Shown here: positions 49,210 through 62,500 of the stretch, piece by piece
Layout of the letters: each line of letters opens with the position of its first letter
Position numbering within the stretch: position 1 is the stretch's first letter
NCBI GenBank assembly: GCA_010909165.1
Contig: MU008162.1
Coordinates: forward strand, 2,046,001 to 2,110,000
Direction: 5' to 3'
From: Anthoceros angustus
Taxonomy: Eukaryota > Plantae > Anthocerotophyta
DNA length: 64,000 nt
Notes under the pieces: model-generated
The model's input: the letters and a program-made list of their open reading frames with translations, nothing else
Database searches by the model: none
Told to the model about the DNA's origin: nothing
Program-made: the position numbers and the translations under genes

Positions 49210-50212
49210 GGCGGCTGAGGGCCGCGGCTGGGGGCCCCAACCAACTCGCACCATCATCTCCTTCCACACCTGTTCCTGTTTCACATCGGCATCACACCTC
49301 CTCTGCTGCTGGCAGCTGGACCCTGGAGCCTGGGGCCTGGAGCCTGGGGCCTGGAGCCCGAGCCCGAGCCGCCCAGGCCAGGGAGGGAGGAAGGAAGGAA
49401 TGAAGGCTGGAGGAAGGAAGGAAGGAAGGAAGGAAAGGAGCAACCGGCGTTGCAGAAGATGCGGACAGCCGCAGGCTCGGGACGCCGCACATGCATCGTC
49501 GTCTACTGTGTTCATGTTTTATAATAATCTAACAAGCGTCAGGCGATGTCGGACAACTCTGTTCACCTCACGCTGTTGATAATGCTCGCAAAAGGCCTTG
49601 TCGTTGGCTTAACGACCGAGCCTGTGACGGGAGCTTCCCCGGCCAATCCGCTCTGACTCTTACGCTGGCCTGCTTCGCTAATATGGCCGGCTTCTCTATT
49701 AGCGGAGACGTTGATGGGTTGATGGGTTGATGGGCATGATATGGCAGACTCCTGTCGTCGTTGTTTGGAAGTTTTGGGGCTCGCCGTTTTCCCGTTGCGT
49801 GACACAGCGGGGCCGGGGGCGGGCTCGCTGTCCGAAGTTGAAGAACGGAGTTGTGTTGGTGTTGCGTGAGACCGTGGTCCACGTATGTCGGTTGTTTTGT
49901 TGTATGTCGGGGACCTACACTTGTATAGAAATCCTTTGGCTTTTTTTATGGAGTTCTAGAACACGGACGCGCGAAGACAAAAAGACACTAGTGAGATCAT
50001 AAACAAAGGGCGCTGTACTCTGCTGCTGCAGCAACACAGCAACACAGCAACGCAGGCGACCAAGTTGGTTCCTGACGATTTGGAAACAACCTAATCAACA
50101 AAGATTCCAAAGGTGTATGGTATGGTATATCCATTACACATCCGGTTCTTGAGAAAAGTTTTTTTCCCTCTCTACAAAATGGAATACTATATTCATGTAT
50201 ATTTTCGTCCAC

Positions 50213-50502
50213 TTAGAAGAAGAAGAAAAAAAATGTATTGAAGTCCACTAAGGATGAATTTCCATCATGGGACTTGGTACTTAACAACTTGTACCATGGT
50301 GTGCCTAAGCTACTTGCACCAAGGGCATCCACTCCCTTTAGGCACCCCATCTGGGACTTGGTACTTAACAACTTGTACCATGGTGTGCCTAAGCTACTTG
50401 CACCAAGGGCATCCATTCCCTTTAGGCACCCCATCTAAATACCCATCTAAGCTCAGGATGCTTAATCACTAAGTTCTTATAAATGTGTGTCCATTTGGCC
50501 TA
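50213..50502 (-). repeat. Inverted copy of the 33187-33510 dispersed repeat with an internal ~85-bp duplication
   Basis: aagtccactaagga..tgggacttggtacttaacaacttgtaccatggtgtgcctaagctac (x2)..gttcttataaatgtgtgtccatttggcc. Confidence 0.85.
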
Positions 50503-50569
50503 AGCCATTTGGACACTAAATATATATAAATTTTAGTTATATATACACTTCGTAGTACGGTACTGAGAG

Positions 50570-50727
50570 CCAAAAGTTCTTTTCTTGTAGCTCAAGTGCG
50601 TCCAAAAGTTCTTTTCGTGCAGCTCAAGTGCGTCCAAAAGTTCTTTTCCTGCAGCTCAAGTGCGTCCAAAAGTTCTTTTACTGCAGCTCAAGTGCGTCTA
50701 AAAGTTCTTTTCCTGCAGCTCAAGTGC
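50570..50727. repeat. 31-bp minisatellite x5
   Basis: ccaaaagttcttttcctgcagctcaagtgcgt repeated head to tail with no spacers. Confidence 0.95.
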
Positions 50728-51861
50728 ATTATTCGCGTACTTCAAAAACTCTACCATTCTAGGGTTTTATTTCCGGTCTATAAAAAGTTATGTTCACAAA
50801 GTGAGTTTAGAGTTTAGGGTTTTCGCAAGGCTGATCGCTTGCCCCGACCGTGGCAAGAACAAGCAACAAGTTTGCACCATGTTGACTTGTGGACATCGTC
50901 GAAGCTGGTGTCCACTAAACTTTGTTGCCGGACGGGCTGGCTTTCTCATAAGGGGACACTAGACATCGATAATGGCCTATGTCATGCAATACAGAGAAAT
51001 TGCAGGACTTCGGATCATCTAAAGAACTTTTCAGAATTGGTCCCCTGCCTGTTAAGGGCATATCTATGTAAATTTCTATATTGCCAACTTACAAGAGTTG
51101 GCATATTTGCATCATCTCACGATAACAAGACAGCTATAAAATTCAATGCTGACTAGCCAAGCCATGGCTAAGGTCTAAGTTACAACATGAGCGCCTACTA
51201 TGGCCAGAAGTGCCTAGGTGCATAGAATTGAGCCTAAGATCTCCCGCAAGCAAACACTTGCGTTGATTATATGTTACCATGTTAGGGTGTCAACAAGGTC
51301 GACCATGGTCGTCAAACCCCGATGCAACCCTAACCAACTGTATCACAAAATTTTGAAATAGTGTGCATTCGATATAGGCGGAACCATTTTATACTCCCTT
51401 GGCACTTGAAACATAGTTCATGGTGGCACCCTTTGTCTAGAGAGATTATTTCACATATAAGCAATCGTACACCATAGTGTAGGAGTAAACGCCGGCGGGA
51501 ATCAAAGGAGATAATTCTCACTAGGGGGCCCCTGTCCACAGCTACCACGACGACTCCGCACTACTCACATGCTACATCCTACATTCGAACAGCGAGCCGC
51601 CAACCCGTGCCGGCGCACCAGTGGACTGTGGAAGCGGCACCGATACTTCTTCGGGACATATACAAAACAGGATATTCATGGGGTCACACAACCTTGCCAA
51701 TCAGCAGACTACTAATCGAATTTCTCGAGCTACCGCACCGTCCATGACCCACCGCGAGTCATGGGCGGGACCCCGGGCCAACAAACTTGTCAGCGTCGCG
51801 TACAACACTCCACAACGGAGTCCATTAAGATAGAAGGCGACCTGCTGACAGCCCGGACGAT

Positions 51862-53914
51862 TTATTCGATGTGCTGATAGCCTGGGAGCAGAGATGTCAC
51901 GAATCCTACCACGACCATCTGCACTTCCTTGAGGACACCCCACCAATTAGGCCCGGGGGCCTGGTCTGGACGTTCCTCTGCAGCACCGCCTCCACCTTCT
52001 CCTTCTGCTCGCGCTACGGCCAGATGTTGGCCAGGGTCGGCCTCAGGGTTGTCAGCTGCACGTGGGTTCCCGGCTGCCGGATTGGCTGGGACGGGCTCAG
52101 CTCCGTTTGCTTCCACTGCTGTAACACACCAGCTTATTTCATAAGGGACAATCCTACAGGAGGGCATGATAAGCATTCAGAGGCAGTGCCCATGCGAAAC
52201 ACCATACTTACCAGGAGCTGCCTGCACCTCTGGAGCTGCGGGTGGGGGTGGCATCATGGCACGCTGTGCACTCTGCGAAATCCATCGCAGCAACGGGGCC
52301 AATGCTCCAGTCTGATAGCTGGCATAGAGAGAGAAACAACAACGTCAGTGTAGAACTACAGATTTTCTTGTCACGAACCTGTTATCAACTGAACATAGTC
52401 GCACCATTCCATAAAAGTAAGTCTCCCTGCTTGGTTAAGTAAGAACAGAGCTTGTGAAAGTTTGCAAAGCGAACAGCAGCCCCAATTGAAAAGACATGGC
52501 TGTCTGTCCCCAAGCCAAGCTAGAGTGCAAACCATGGTGTGACCACTTTCCAGAAACAACGCAGCAACTATGTAAAACAAGTTGGACGAGAGTTTGGAAC
52601 TTACAGATAAACGCCAGCTGCCAGAAATAAGAGTAGCGCCAATCGGTCCTTGGATCCATCATGATTGAACACCACCACCACCACAGCTAACTTCATAATC
52701 AAAAACAGGTCTAGCTGAAATCCCACTTGGAATCTCCTCACCACCTGCCTGGGGATTTCAGGCCTTGCTGCCCTTCCTACTGCGCCAGGGCGGTAACGAA
52801 GTCCTGCTTGAGCTGCTACTTCCCGTTGAGCTGGTGCGCCTCTTCCATCTTCAGCCTGCCCTGCTGCAGGAGTAGCTGTTGTACCAGGTGCATCTGGCGA
52901 AGGAGGGCCCCTGGAAGTTCAAGCCTGACGTTAGGAGGAGATGAGAAAGAGGAGGATCATCATTGTTTATGAAATTACGTGCCTCCGCAAGGTAGAGCAA
53001 GGGTTCTACTCAGACACAGCAAACAGAGATGCCCGCCGCACTGCAGTGAAGGACCAAAACGACTCACACATGACATGACAGTTATTAGGGGAGAAAGGAA
53101 GAGGTCGAAGAAACTCACAGCGGAAAATTAAGTGACAAAGGAACAAGACCACCGGGTGGATACCCCGACAGAGGCCCAAAATACGGGAACAGAGGAACTG
53201 CATATACACCCCCTTGCAGTTGATTTTGTTCTTGCAACGGTGCTTGGAAAAAGCTTGGATTGCCGGTATTGTGAAAGAAAGGGACCATAGGTGGTGGCAA
53301 GCTCGCAAGATCTGGTCTTGAACCACTTCCAGAAGCTCCAGTGGAATTCACCAGGGGTAGGAAGACCCAAGGAGCAAAATTAGCGTCGACACCAATAACC
53401 TGCGAGTAAGAAGTAGCAGGGAGAACTCAGACTACGGCCTAGCCCATAGCAGTCGCGAAGCTTTCGTGACGCTTTCGTCACTAAAATCCTAAACAGACTG
53501 TGGAATCACCTCGCAGCAATAACTTCTCACGACTCCAACGACGTTCATATCACTACCAGCACAACCTGGACTTACCCGTGGACAGCAGCCAGGATCAGAT
53601 GCTAAGGTCGGACCAGAGTGACCTGTACCGGCCACAGCAGGCTGCTGCTGAGCATCAGGATTACTGGAACCTTTATCGCCCACATCACTCCGCTGCTTAG
53701 CATCGAGAGCATCGGAATTCTTCGGACACCCGGGCTTTCGATCCTCCTGCACCTCCGAGTTCACCACCTCCGCAGGCGAATTATCAGAATTAGCCAGACT
53801 TCCAGCCTCCTCCAAACTTCCAGCTTTCTCCACACTGCCAGCCTTGTCCAAACTCTCAGCCTTCGCTACCACCGCTTCCGAAGGTCTCTCATGCGATGAA
53901 TCCTCGGCAGCCAT
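51862..53914 (-). CDS. EBS7-like ER membrane protein (multi-exon)
   Basis: Low-complexity N-terminus; GGVYAVPLFPYFGP..LVPLS; FQLDLFLIMKL...NHDGSK..RL; C-terminus NWWGVLKEVQMVVVGFVTSLLPGYQHIE, recognised as similar to the plant EBS7 family. Confidence 0.65.
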
Positions 53915-54439
53915 GGCCGATGCACAGGACACCTCAACAGATCCGATCCCAAATACCTAAACACAAGAACTGGTGAGTCAATTCAGAATCCACGCTGAGA
54001 TATCCACAATTCGCAAAACCTGGCTAGAACCTAGACTACAACGCTTCGCAACAACCAGCCAGAAGCGAGGGACCTCTATTCTGCAATTGCTCCGTTGTGC
54101 CTCGAAATGAGGTCAATTTTCATTCTTCTTCCTCACGAAACGCAGAAAAGCTGCAGGACGAAAATGAACGTGCGGCAGCACATACCTTCAGAGCTGGACA
54201 GCGACATCAGAGCGTCGTCAGCTCACCGCTTCCTGGCGCGAAGCACATCACTGCAGAATTCTCCGTGGCGGAGACACCTCGAGAAGCCTCAGGCCAAATG
54301 ATCACAGAGGTGAAAAAACCCCGATCACCAGGAATTAATCATTTATGAGGAGCTTTCGAACGAAGCTTTTGATCTTCTACATGAACTTGCTAAATATGTG
54401 ATCCTACACACTTGGGCACTAGCTGCTACTTCGTTTTTC

Positions 54440-56880
54440 TCACGGTCGACCATTACAACTGCAACGACCATTTGCGAATAGAAGAACACGGTACCCATCC
54501 CGTAACAACGATATCTCTCTTCATGTCTTGACATGATCTCAGTGGAACTGTGGCAGTCACAGCACATGCGTACATTCTTCGTTACCACCAGAGGTGTCCC
54601 ACTCGGAGTGTTCAAGAGACCAAATGCCAGAGCCAGCTTCTCAGCATGCCCACAAAGCGCATCTTCCTTTTCCTTCTCACCCAGCGGCTTCAACACCAAC
54701 TTTGGGTGAGGTACGTGGCCTCCTTCCTCCTTCAGACGTGCATTCGTGCTCTCTACCTTGAGGGCAATACCTCCTCTCCTTTCTCCCACCAGAAATCTGT
54801 GTACCTGCTTATTCACCTCCATGATCGCCACTGCAGGTTTCTTGTTAGCCCCTGCTGCCCTTCTCTGTGTTTCAATCCTGTCTACATCCTACTTGCATCT
54901 GCATAAGCATTAGCCATGGGCAGATAGGCTGGGGGTCCAGCGCCTAACGATGCTTTCAAAACACCACATCGCCCTCTCTATAGCCCCGTGACTTTTGCAG
55001 GCATTCAACAAAGACGTCAAGCCCACTCCATTACTTGCCCTCACATGATAATAGCATCTTCTCTGCCTCATCTAAATGGCTAGCACGCACAAGAAGGTCA
55101 ATCATGCAGGTGTGTATGCTCAATAGCTAGTAGGTTTGCCATGGTGTTCAGCCATGGAGTCAAAGTGCTTGCGACCTTCGTGGACCAGTCCCTCATGACT
55201 ACAAGCTACTAGAAGGCAAGTGAAAGCAGCATCATCAGGCTGAACACCGGCAACTAATATCTTCTCGAGAAAATCTAGTGCCTTGTGACCTTCATCACAG
55301 GCACCATACCCAGATATCAGGGCCTTCCATGTGACCACATCCTTTGTCGCCAACCTGTCAAAAACCTGCATGCAGCGTGCAGCCTCCAGTTTGCACATTT
55401 TGCATGCACGTCTACCAGGCAGTTGCCCAACACTGAGTTTCTCAGCAGTTCTCTTTCGACAATCTGTGAATGCAGCTGCGTGCCCTTCTATAAGGCACCA
55501 CTGCTTGCACAGGCCTTCAGAAGGCAAGCAAAAGTAAAATGGTTAGCTAAAAATCAGCCCTCCCTGCGCCATTTGTCCATGCACGACAACCGCCTAATGT
55601 CCGAGCCCTTGCTGTGCATACCCAGCGATCAGGGCATTCCATGCCACCACATTCTTTGTATTCATGCTGTCAAAACCTGGCTGGCATCCTCCAGTTCACC
55701 ACATTTTGCATACATGTCCACCACGCAGGTGCCCACCACGTTATCAAGCAGTCCTCTGTGGATAATCTGTGAGTGCAGCTGCCTGCCCTTCTGTAAGGCA
55801 CCAGTGCTTTCACAGGCCTTAAGAAGGCAAGCAAAAGTAACATGGTCAGCCAATATGAGGCCCGCCTCCTCCATTTGTCCATACACAACAAGCTCCTCCT
55901 GGCCTAGTCCTTGTTGTCCATACCCAGCAATCAGGGCATTCCATGTCACAACATCCTTTGTTGCAATACTGTCAAAAACCTGGCGTCATCTTCCATTTCA
56001 CCACACTATGCAGATATGTCCGCCAGGCAGTTGCCCACCACTGCGTCATCCAGCAGTCCTCTTTCTACAATCTGCAAATGCAACTGCCTGCCCTTCAGTA
56101 AGGCATCATTGCCTCCACAGGCTTTGAGAAGGAAAGCAAAAGTAACATGGTTAGCCAAAATGAGGCCCGCCTGCTCCATTTGTCCATACACAACAAGGGC
56201 GTCATGTCCGAGCCCTTGCTGTGCATACCCAGCAATCAGGGCGGCCACGTCACCACATCCTTCTGGCCGCCTAGGCTGTCAAAACCCTGGCGGGCATCTT
56301 CTAGTTCACCACATTTTGCATACATGTCCACCAGGCAGTTGCCCAACAAAAACATTATCCAGCATTCCTTTTTCGACAATCTGCAAATGCAGCTGCCTGC
56401 CCTTATGTAAGGCACCACTGCTTGCACAGGCCTTCAGAAGGCAAGCAAAAGTAACCTGGTTAGCTAAAATCAGCCCCTCCTGCTCCATTTGTCCATACAC
56501 GACGGTAGTCCTCTTTGGACAATCTGTGAGTGCAGCAGCCTGCCCTTCTGTAAGGCACCGGTGCACAAGCAAAAGTCACATGGTTAGCCAAAAGCAGGCC
56601 CTCCTGCTCCATTTGTTCACACACAACAAGTGCCTCATGTCCGAGCCCTGACTGGGCATACTACGAGGGCATTCCATGGCACCACATTCTTTATGTTCAT
56701 GCTGTCAAAAACCTAGCGTGCATCTCTCAGTTCACCACATCTTGAATACCCAGATATCAGGGCATTCCATGTCAACACATCCTTTTTGGCCATGCTGTGA
56801 AAAACCTTGCGTGCATCTTTAAGTCCGCCACATTTTGCATACATGTCCCCCAGGCAGTTGCCAATAAACAAGTCAGTAGG
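54440..56880 (-). pseudogene. Frameshifted PLS-PPR DYW:KP gene with GRP C-terminus
   Basis: Repeated WNALIAGYAQQGLG / VTFACLLKAC / VGNCLVDMYAKCGELEDA motifs in changing frames; KKP-like ..PAVAIMEV, GHAEKLALAFGL, NVRMCCDCH. The shifted frame ends ..NGRCSCNGRP* (TGA at 54440-54442). Confidence 0.88.
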
Positions 56881-57499
56881 ACTGTGAGGTACTGTGTATG
56901 ACCACACAATACGGGCATATAGGTAGTTTGGTACGGAATACCGTCCTTCCAGCCCAAACCACAGCTGTGTAGGCTTAGCCACCTCCACAATCCACCCCAT
57001 TTGTGTGGGCAATTAGCCTCCGACGGCCCCGGAAAGTGTTTGGGTATACTCTATCAAATTTTCTAGGTGGGAGGCGGTCTGCATGCCTGTCCGGTCTCTC
57101 GTTTTCTAAGTAAGGTCAGCTGATGAAGAAGGAAGTGCCACCAAGTTGGACGACTTTCCAGGGCTCGAACTAGTGGCAGTCACAGACAGAAAGAGAAACT
57201 CTGTCCTGTTCACAGACTTCCCGAACATGAGCTCGTCTCAGCACCTCAGTTTGCGTACTTTTGCCGAATGTGGCTCACTTGTTTTCTAGAAGATGCGCAT
57301 CATCTGCTGTTGTCGTAGATGTGAGACTGACTGGGACTGAAGATGAGCCCCAACAGCCCATTCATAGTGTGTGATATATGGAAAATGCACCATCAAGTAG
57401 TAAATTTTTCCAAGAGAATAACAAAATTATTTATGAAAATTAAATTATGAATGAATAAATATGTCAAACATATATCTATGTATATGAACAATGGAGACT

Positions 57500-59576
57500 T
57501 TATTAAAAAAAAGAGATGGGAAAACCCATCTACTCCGAACCAAGGGGGGACAATCCACTAAAGGGCCAAGAGCCAGGGGGAGCTAGCCCCACGAATGCCA
57601 ACCCCGAAGCTACCTACCGCCCCGATTATGTCATGGTCCGAGATGAGCAAAGGCCTACCTACAACTAGTGTCGATAATGCCACGTCTCCTTCGCTCGTTG
57701 TCGTCCTGTAAATAGCGTTGGCCAGTGCCCTCTACAACGCGATGAATACCCGCTGTCGACGGAAAGCCACCATCGAGGAAAGAGGGAGACCCACCCCGTT
57801 CCGACGACTGTGGTAGGCTTTAGCACAATCGTTAATGAGCCTGGAAAAATCCTTGCCCATAGCTCCATGAGTCTCAATGGCGAGGGGGATGAAGGCATAG
57901 CCGTCCTGCAAAGGTGTGTATTTGTGTACCTTGGCATTCGCGCATCCCTCCACTGCCCAGCCCGGAGGGTTGAAAATGACATGCTCACAAATGGAGTTCC
58001 AGGTAGGGTCTGTTATGACGACATCCGCAAAGGACATTTGGTCTCCCTGGATCAGAAATAGATCCGCCTTGACCGACACCCCATTGCGCAGGGTAAATGG
58101 CCGCTCCCTCTATGAAAAATACCTGCTCTCCTTGGCCATCGAGAACATGACGTCGTGAATGCGTCATGCATAGCCATATGTTCCCCTCCAATTGGACAGT
58201 GAGCTAGGTGGGTCCCTGAGTCGTCGAGGGGGGCCCCACAGCTATAGGCTGAGAGAGAACAGGCCAGAGGTTGGACCAAACCCAGGTGAAACCTCATCGT
58301 AATAGAAAAAGAAGCTGGTGTGATTCGGAACACCTGGAGGCAAGGCCAAGCTAGAAGCCAGGAGCATGCTCTCTTCCTCGAGCAAGAGCAGATGCGGGCA
58401 CGAACAGGCCGGGGAATAGTAGAGTCCAGAAGGATTGCCCACTACGCCTGCCAATATTTCTTCTCCTGGAGAGAGGCCTGAAGGCCATGTAGCCCTTCCA
58501 CGAAAAACGAGGAAAAGGGAGTCATGGCCGCCCTAGCCTCGAAGGAAAGGAAGTCCCTGGCCAACTTAAGGGACGCCTGCAAAGGGAAGGACCCCTCCTC
58601 CAACACCCGAGACGAAGGCCTCCAAGATGGAAACATACCGGATTCAGAAACGAGCGGTGAAGACAGGGGCAGAAAGGGCACAGCTCCCAAGGAAGGCCGC
58701 CGGCGCCGAGGCCTCCATGGCCAGCAGACCTGTGCCTTCAAAAGCGATAGGAAGGGATGCCTGCCGCTGAGCAAGGCCCCCTGCGGCACACTCGAAGGTC
58801 CCCAGCCCGATAATGTTTCCAAGTGCCTGCATAATCTGTAGGTCAAAATTCCGCTGGTTTAATAAAAAGGGGAGGGGGCCACCGTCTTGGTGAGGTAACC
58901 CGGCTGACGCGCGAAGTAGGACCAAAGGATGCCAAATGCCACTTGAGGGTCCCCTAATAGAGATAGGTCGCCGACGTGGGCCAAGTCCTCCATCAAAGCC
59001 TCATCCACAAAACCCTAAGTAAAGGACGGAGGTCCCACTGGGACCTGTTAGATTCAAAATATGGACAAAAAAACAATAGAGGAAAGGAGCACACTCTAAT
59101 AATCAGAATAATCGAATAATACAAAATTGTTTGAGTGTATGTCTTATATGCATGTAATACGTGTCCCTTCATTATGTGACCTTTGGATTAACTAAATAGG
59201 CATAACTTAACTAGCTTAAACCCTAAGCGAGGGCAGCTTGTGCTCTAACAGGACCCCCAAGATGCGAAGTCCCCGCGAAGGAACTATGTCCCCCCCAGGA
59301 AATTGAAGAAAGGGAGTAATGCTAGACGGGGACCAAACCTTGCACTTCAGAATCCTGACCCTCAAACCCAAGCGGGAGAGCTCTGAGGAGAAGAGTGCGA
59401 ACGCTTCCCTGACCTTGCCCCCCAGTCCTAAGATATGAGTGTCGTCCGCCACGAACGGAAAGAGACGCTCCCCAACCGCGCCGGTAGTAATGGCCAGGGC
59501 CCTGAAGTGCGCAACGGCAAAGAGGGCACCCCCCAAGGGATCCCCCTGCCTCGTGCCCGTCGCCGAGTCCAGCACG
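57500..59576 (-). mobile_element. Non-LTR retrotransposon with RT and C-terminal restriction-like endonuclease (CRE/R2-type), 5'-truncated and inactivated
   Basis: RT GTRQGDPLGGALF..ADDT..GLRILGVPVG; zinc-knuckle remnant CGAPLD..HLAHC..GGE..HD; RLE KADL..ADVVITDP..KVHKY..FIPLAIETHG; AATAAA near the 3' end. Confidence 0.85.
59046..59250. mobile_element. Solo LTR (205 bp) with 5-bp target-site duplication
   Basis: GGACC|TGTTAGA...TCTAACA|GGACC; removing it restores the RT peptide GLRILGVPVGPPSF. Confidence 0.92.
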
Positions 59577-62500
59577 TGTGGTCGTACTTTCGTTGACGGA
59601 CCAGCCGGGCGCACACTATATCCTGTATCGTGTAGAATATGGTTCGATCCCAAGGGAATGTATCTTACCGCACCGTTCGCCTATTAATTTAACTACTTTC
59701 GAGTACTTCTAACCAGTTTGGAATGTTATTGATGGGCGGACCTCGTCCACCGGAGTCCTTAACCCACCAAGGTACTCAGCGGACTTCGATCCTCCTACGG
59801 TCCACTCATGTTAAACACAAGCGCCCAGGTCCGTTTCCCGACGTGGCCCATGATCAGGACCCGCTACTACGTTCGCGTGGCTAAGCGAGCCTTATACCAA
59901 AAGTAATGCCTGAGGAACAACCCGACCCGTCTAATGAATCAAACAGACATACGAGTCGCCCTACAAAGCGTCAATGGTCGGAGGTTACAACCTCAGACCC
60001 ACTCGTACCCTACCTAAGTCTCTACTATGCACCCGCCTTCCTCTCACTCCTACCACATTCCATATCAAGTTCTACCAGATAGGCCCGGTATCGCCGAACG
60101 TTTAGGGACTCGTCTACGTCCTCTAGTCCACCAGTTGGGTCATCTTCCCGCATTCTCCACTCTTCGCTCGCTCACACACCTCCGTAGTCCGTTCGATGTC
60201 TAGTGTCACGCTTCGGTGGGGTATCGTGTTGCCGCACCTCCGCATCCGCGTGTGCACAATCAGGCTAGTTCTAGCTCTTTACGCCCTCCGCTTACCATCT
60301 TGTTACCGGCGTCCGCTTCGGTGCACTTATCCCCTTCGCACTGCTCTTGAGGAGCAAGGGTCAAGGTTCTTCAGCACTGCAACCACCACCACCACGCATT
60401 AAGGCTTGCCACTAGAGCTAGGATAATCCTCTCCGAGGTAGTCCGCCCGCTCGGTGACTCAGCCGCATTCACACTTGGTTCAGAGGAACTTCGTGCACCA
60501 TGCGGAATCAACCCCAAAAGGAAAATTGCATTACAGGGCAGTGACCTCCCTCTTATACTGCCTCTAAAGCAGCGCCTTTATTACAACCCGTAGGTTGGCC
60601 CTACTGCCAGCTACCAACACACGCAGGAGGGATATCAAATCCCTTACGCGTGGCTACCTACACCTACGGCGATTGGACTGCTGACCCCGGCTGACTCCCC
60701 CGTCTGGCAACCCAATCCCTAACCCTGGTGCCGGAGGAGTGCCTAGCGTAATTATCCTTGACCCTGCCTTCCGGCAAGGGTCCAAGTCTCACCCCGACCC
60801 GGATTAGGCCGCACTCCAAGAGTCACACGACAACGCCGTCACCATCTTGTCTTCCTCGGCCCGCTCAAAGACATGGGGTTTTGGGGATTCCCTCCCTATC
60901 CCCCGGTGGGCCCCCCGTCCACCAGTCCGCCCAAAGGAACGACTTGAGTCCGTTCACTTTGGGTCCATTGAGGCAGCTCGCCGGACCCCACCGAATCCGT
61001 TTCTAACTCCGGAGGATAGACCTCCGGGTCTATCCTTCCCCCCGGGGAGCGGACCTCACGGACCCCTACAATGGGTCCTTCCCTTGACTCAGCTCCTCCC
61101 TCCTCGCCGAACCACCGTCTTCTAGGCCTTCTAACCCGAGCACTATGTCCGGAGAGCATACCTCATTATCAGCCGGAGCTGACGTGCTTAGTCTGGCTTG
61201 CCCGTCCGTGCCCCGCTCCTCCTCCGACGGCTCGGCCTCGCCGCTGCTCCCATCCCCAAACAGGGTACCAAGGTTCCCTAGGGCTCCGTTTTCCCCCAGC
61301 CCTTCCTCTTCCATGGGCTCCTCCCACTCCTCTGTTGGGCCTACTGCCTCGGCAGGCTGATACACCACACTCACCTCCTTTAGGATTTCCGAGTCATAGT
61401 AGGTGAAGTCTGAGTCTACTTGCTGGATGGCCTCCTCCACATGGGCCCGCAAGACTTGGTACTCCTAACTCCATTAGTGCTCAGGCAGCGGGGCGTGCTC
61501 CCCCGCTCGTTGGGCCGTCTCACCTCCCAGTCCTTCCGGCCAAGCCTTGGCAGCATCTCGGAAGGCTGTAAGGGAAGCCTTCGTGAGCTCCTGGAGCCGC
61601 TGCTTCTCACTCGACCGCTCCTTCTCCCGCTCTGCCTCAAGGTCCTTCAGCTATTTCGTGAAGAAGCGAACACGACCCTCCGCTAGGCGTAGCTGAATTA
61701 TCAGCTTCTGCTCCTCCCCCTGCCCCCTTTGGCAATCCTCCACCTCTTTGCTCAGGCGGTCCACCTGTTGCTGGAGTTGCTCCAGCACCTTCACTAGCCG
61801 ACTAGTCTCTTCAAGATCCCTGGTTAGAAGATCGATGTCCAGCTACTTTCCTTTATTGTGGGTCTCTATCGTTCGAAGATTCAGTTGGAGACGGTGACCG
61901 TCTCGTTCTACTGCGCTGCTGTCGAATAGTGGACGCCACATTTGTTCAAAACCCGCAATAACGTACATGGTTTTCTAAGACACGCTTTTCTATGGATATG
62001 ATGATGGGAAAGTCTACTGCCTTTTGCCCAACAGCTCATTTCAACGGAATCCACCGATATTGCGCAGACATTATTGGTCCACCTCTGGCTCCAAGTCTCC
62101 AATCCTGCCCTACAGGAGTCCATTCCTCTCCTCCACCACCAGAAGCCACAATTCTAGGGTCTCCTGCTCTGCTTCCCTTAGCTGCCGAGCCTCCTCCGCC
62201 CTTTGGAGCTGCGCCCAGAGTTCCACCAACTCCCCAAGCCACTCCTGATCTCATTTCCATGGGCAGCCCGGGCTTGCTCCCATGATATATGCCTGGTCTC
62301 TCCTCAGGTCAGCAACCTCCTGCTCTCGCTTCTTCAGCCCGGTTGTGGTTACTCCGGCCGCCTCCCTCAACCGGTTCCGATCCCGGCGGTAGTGTTCTCG
62401 GTTCTTCCTGGCTCTCTCCTCCCTGTCCTTCACTTCCTTAAGTTAGGACTCTAGGGCTTCTCGCTCCTCATGCCGGGCGGACTCCACCGCCTCTTGGGCT

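Noticed and set aside
47211-49579. Long plus-strand and alternative-frame ORFs (254, 332, 194 aa)
   Set aside because: Antisense or off-frame shadows of the GC-rich COI1-like gene.
50570-50727. 31-bp repeat array as CRISPR
   Set aside because: No spacers; it is a simple minisatellite.
55285-56651. Plus-strand 280-aa and 246-aa ORFs
   Set aside because: Antisense shadows of PPR repeats.
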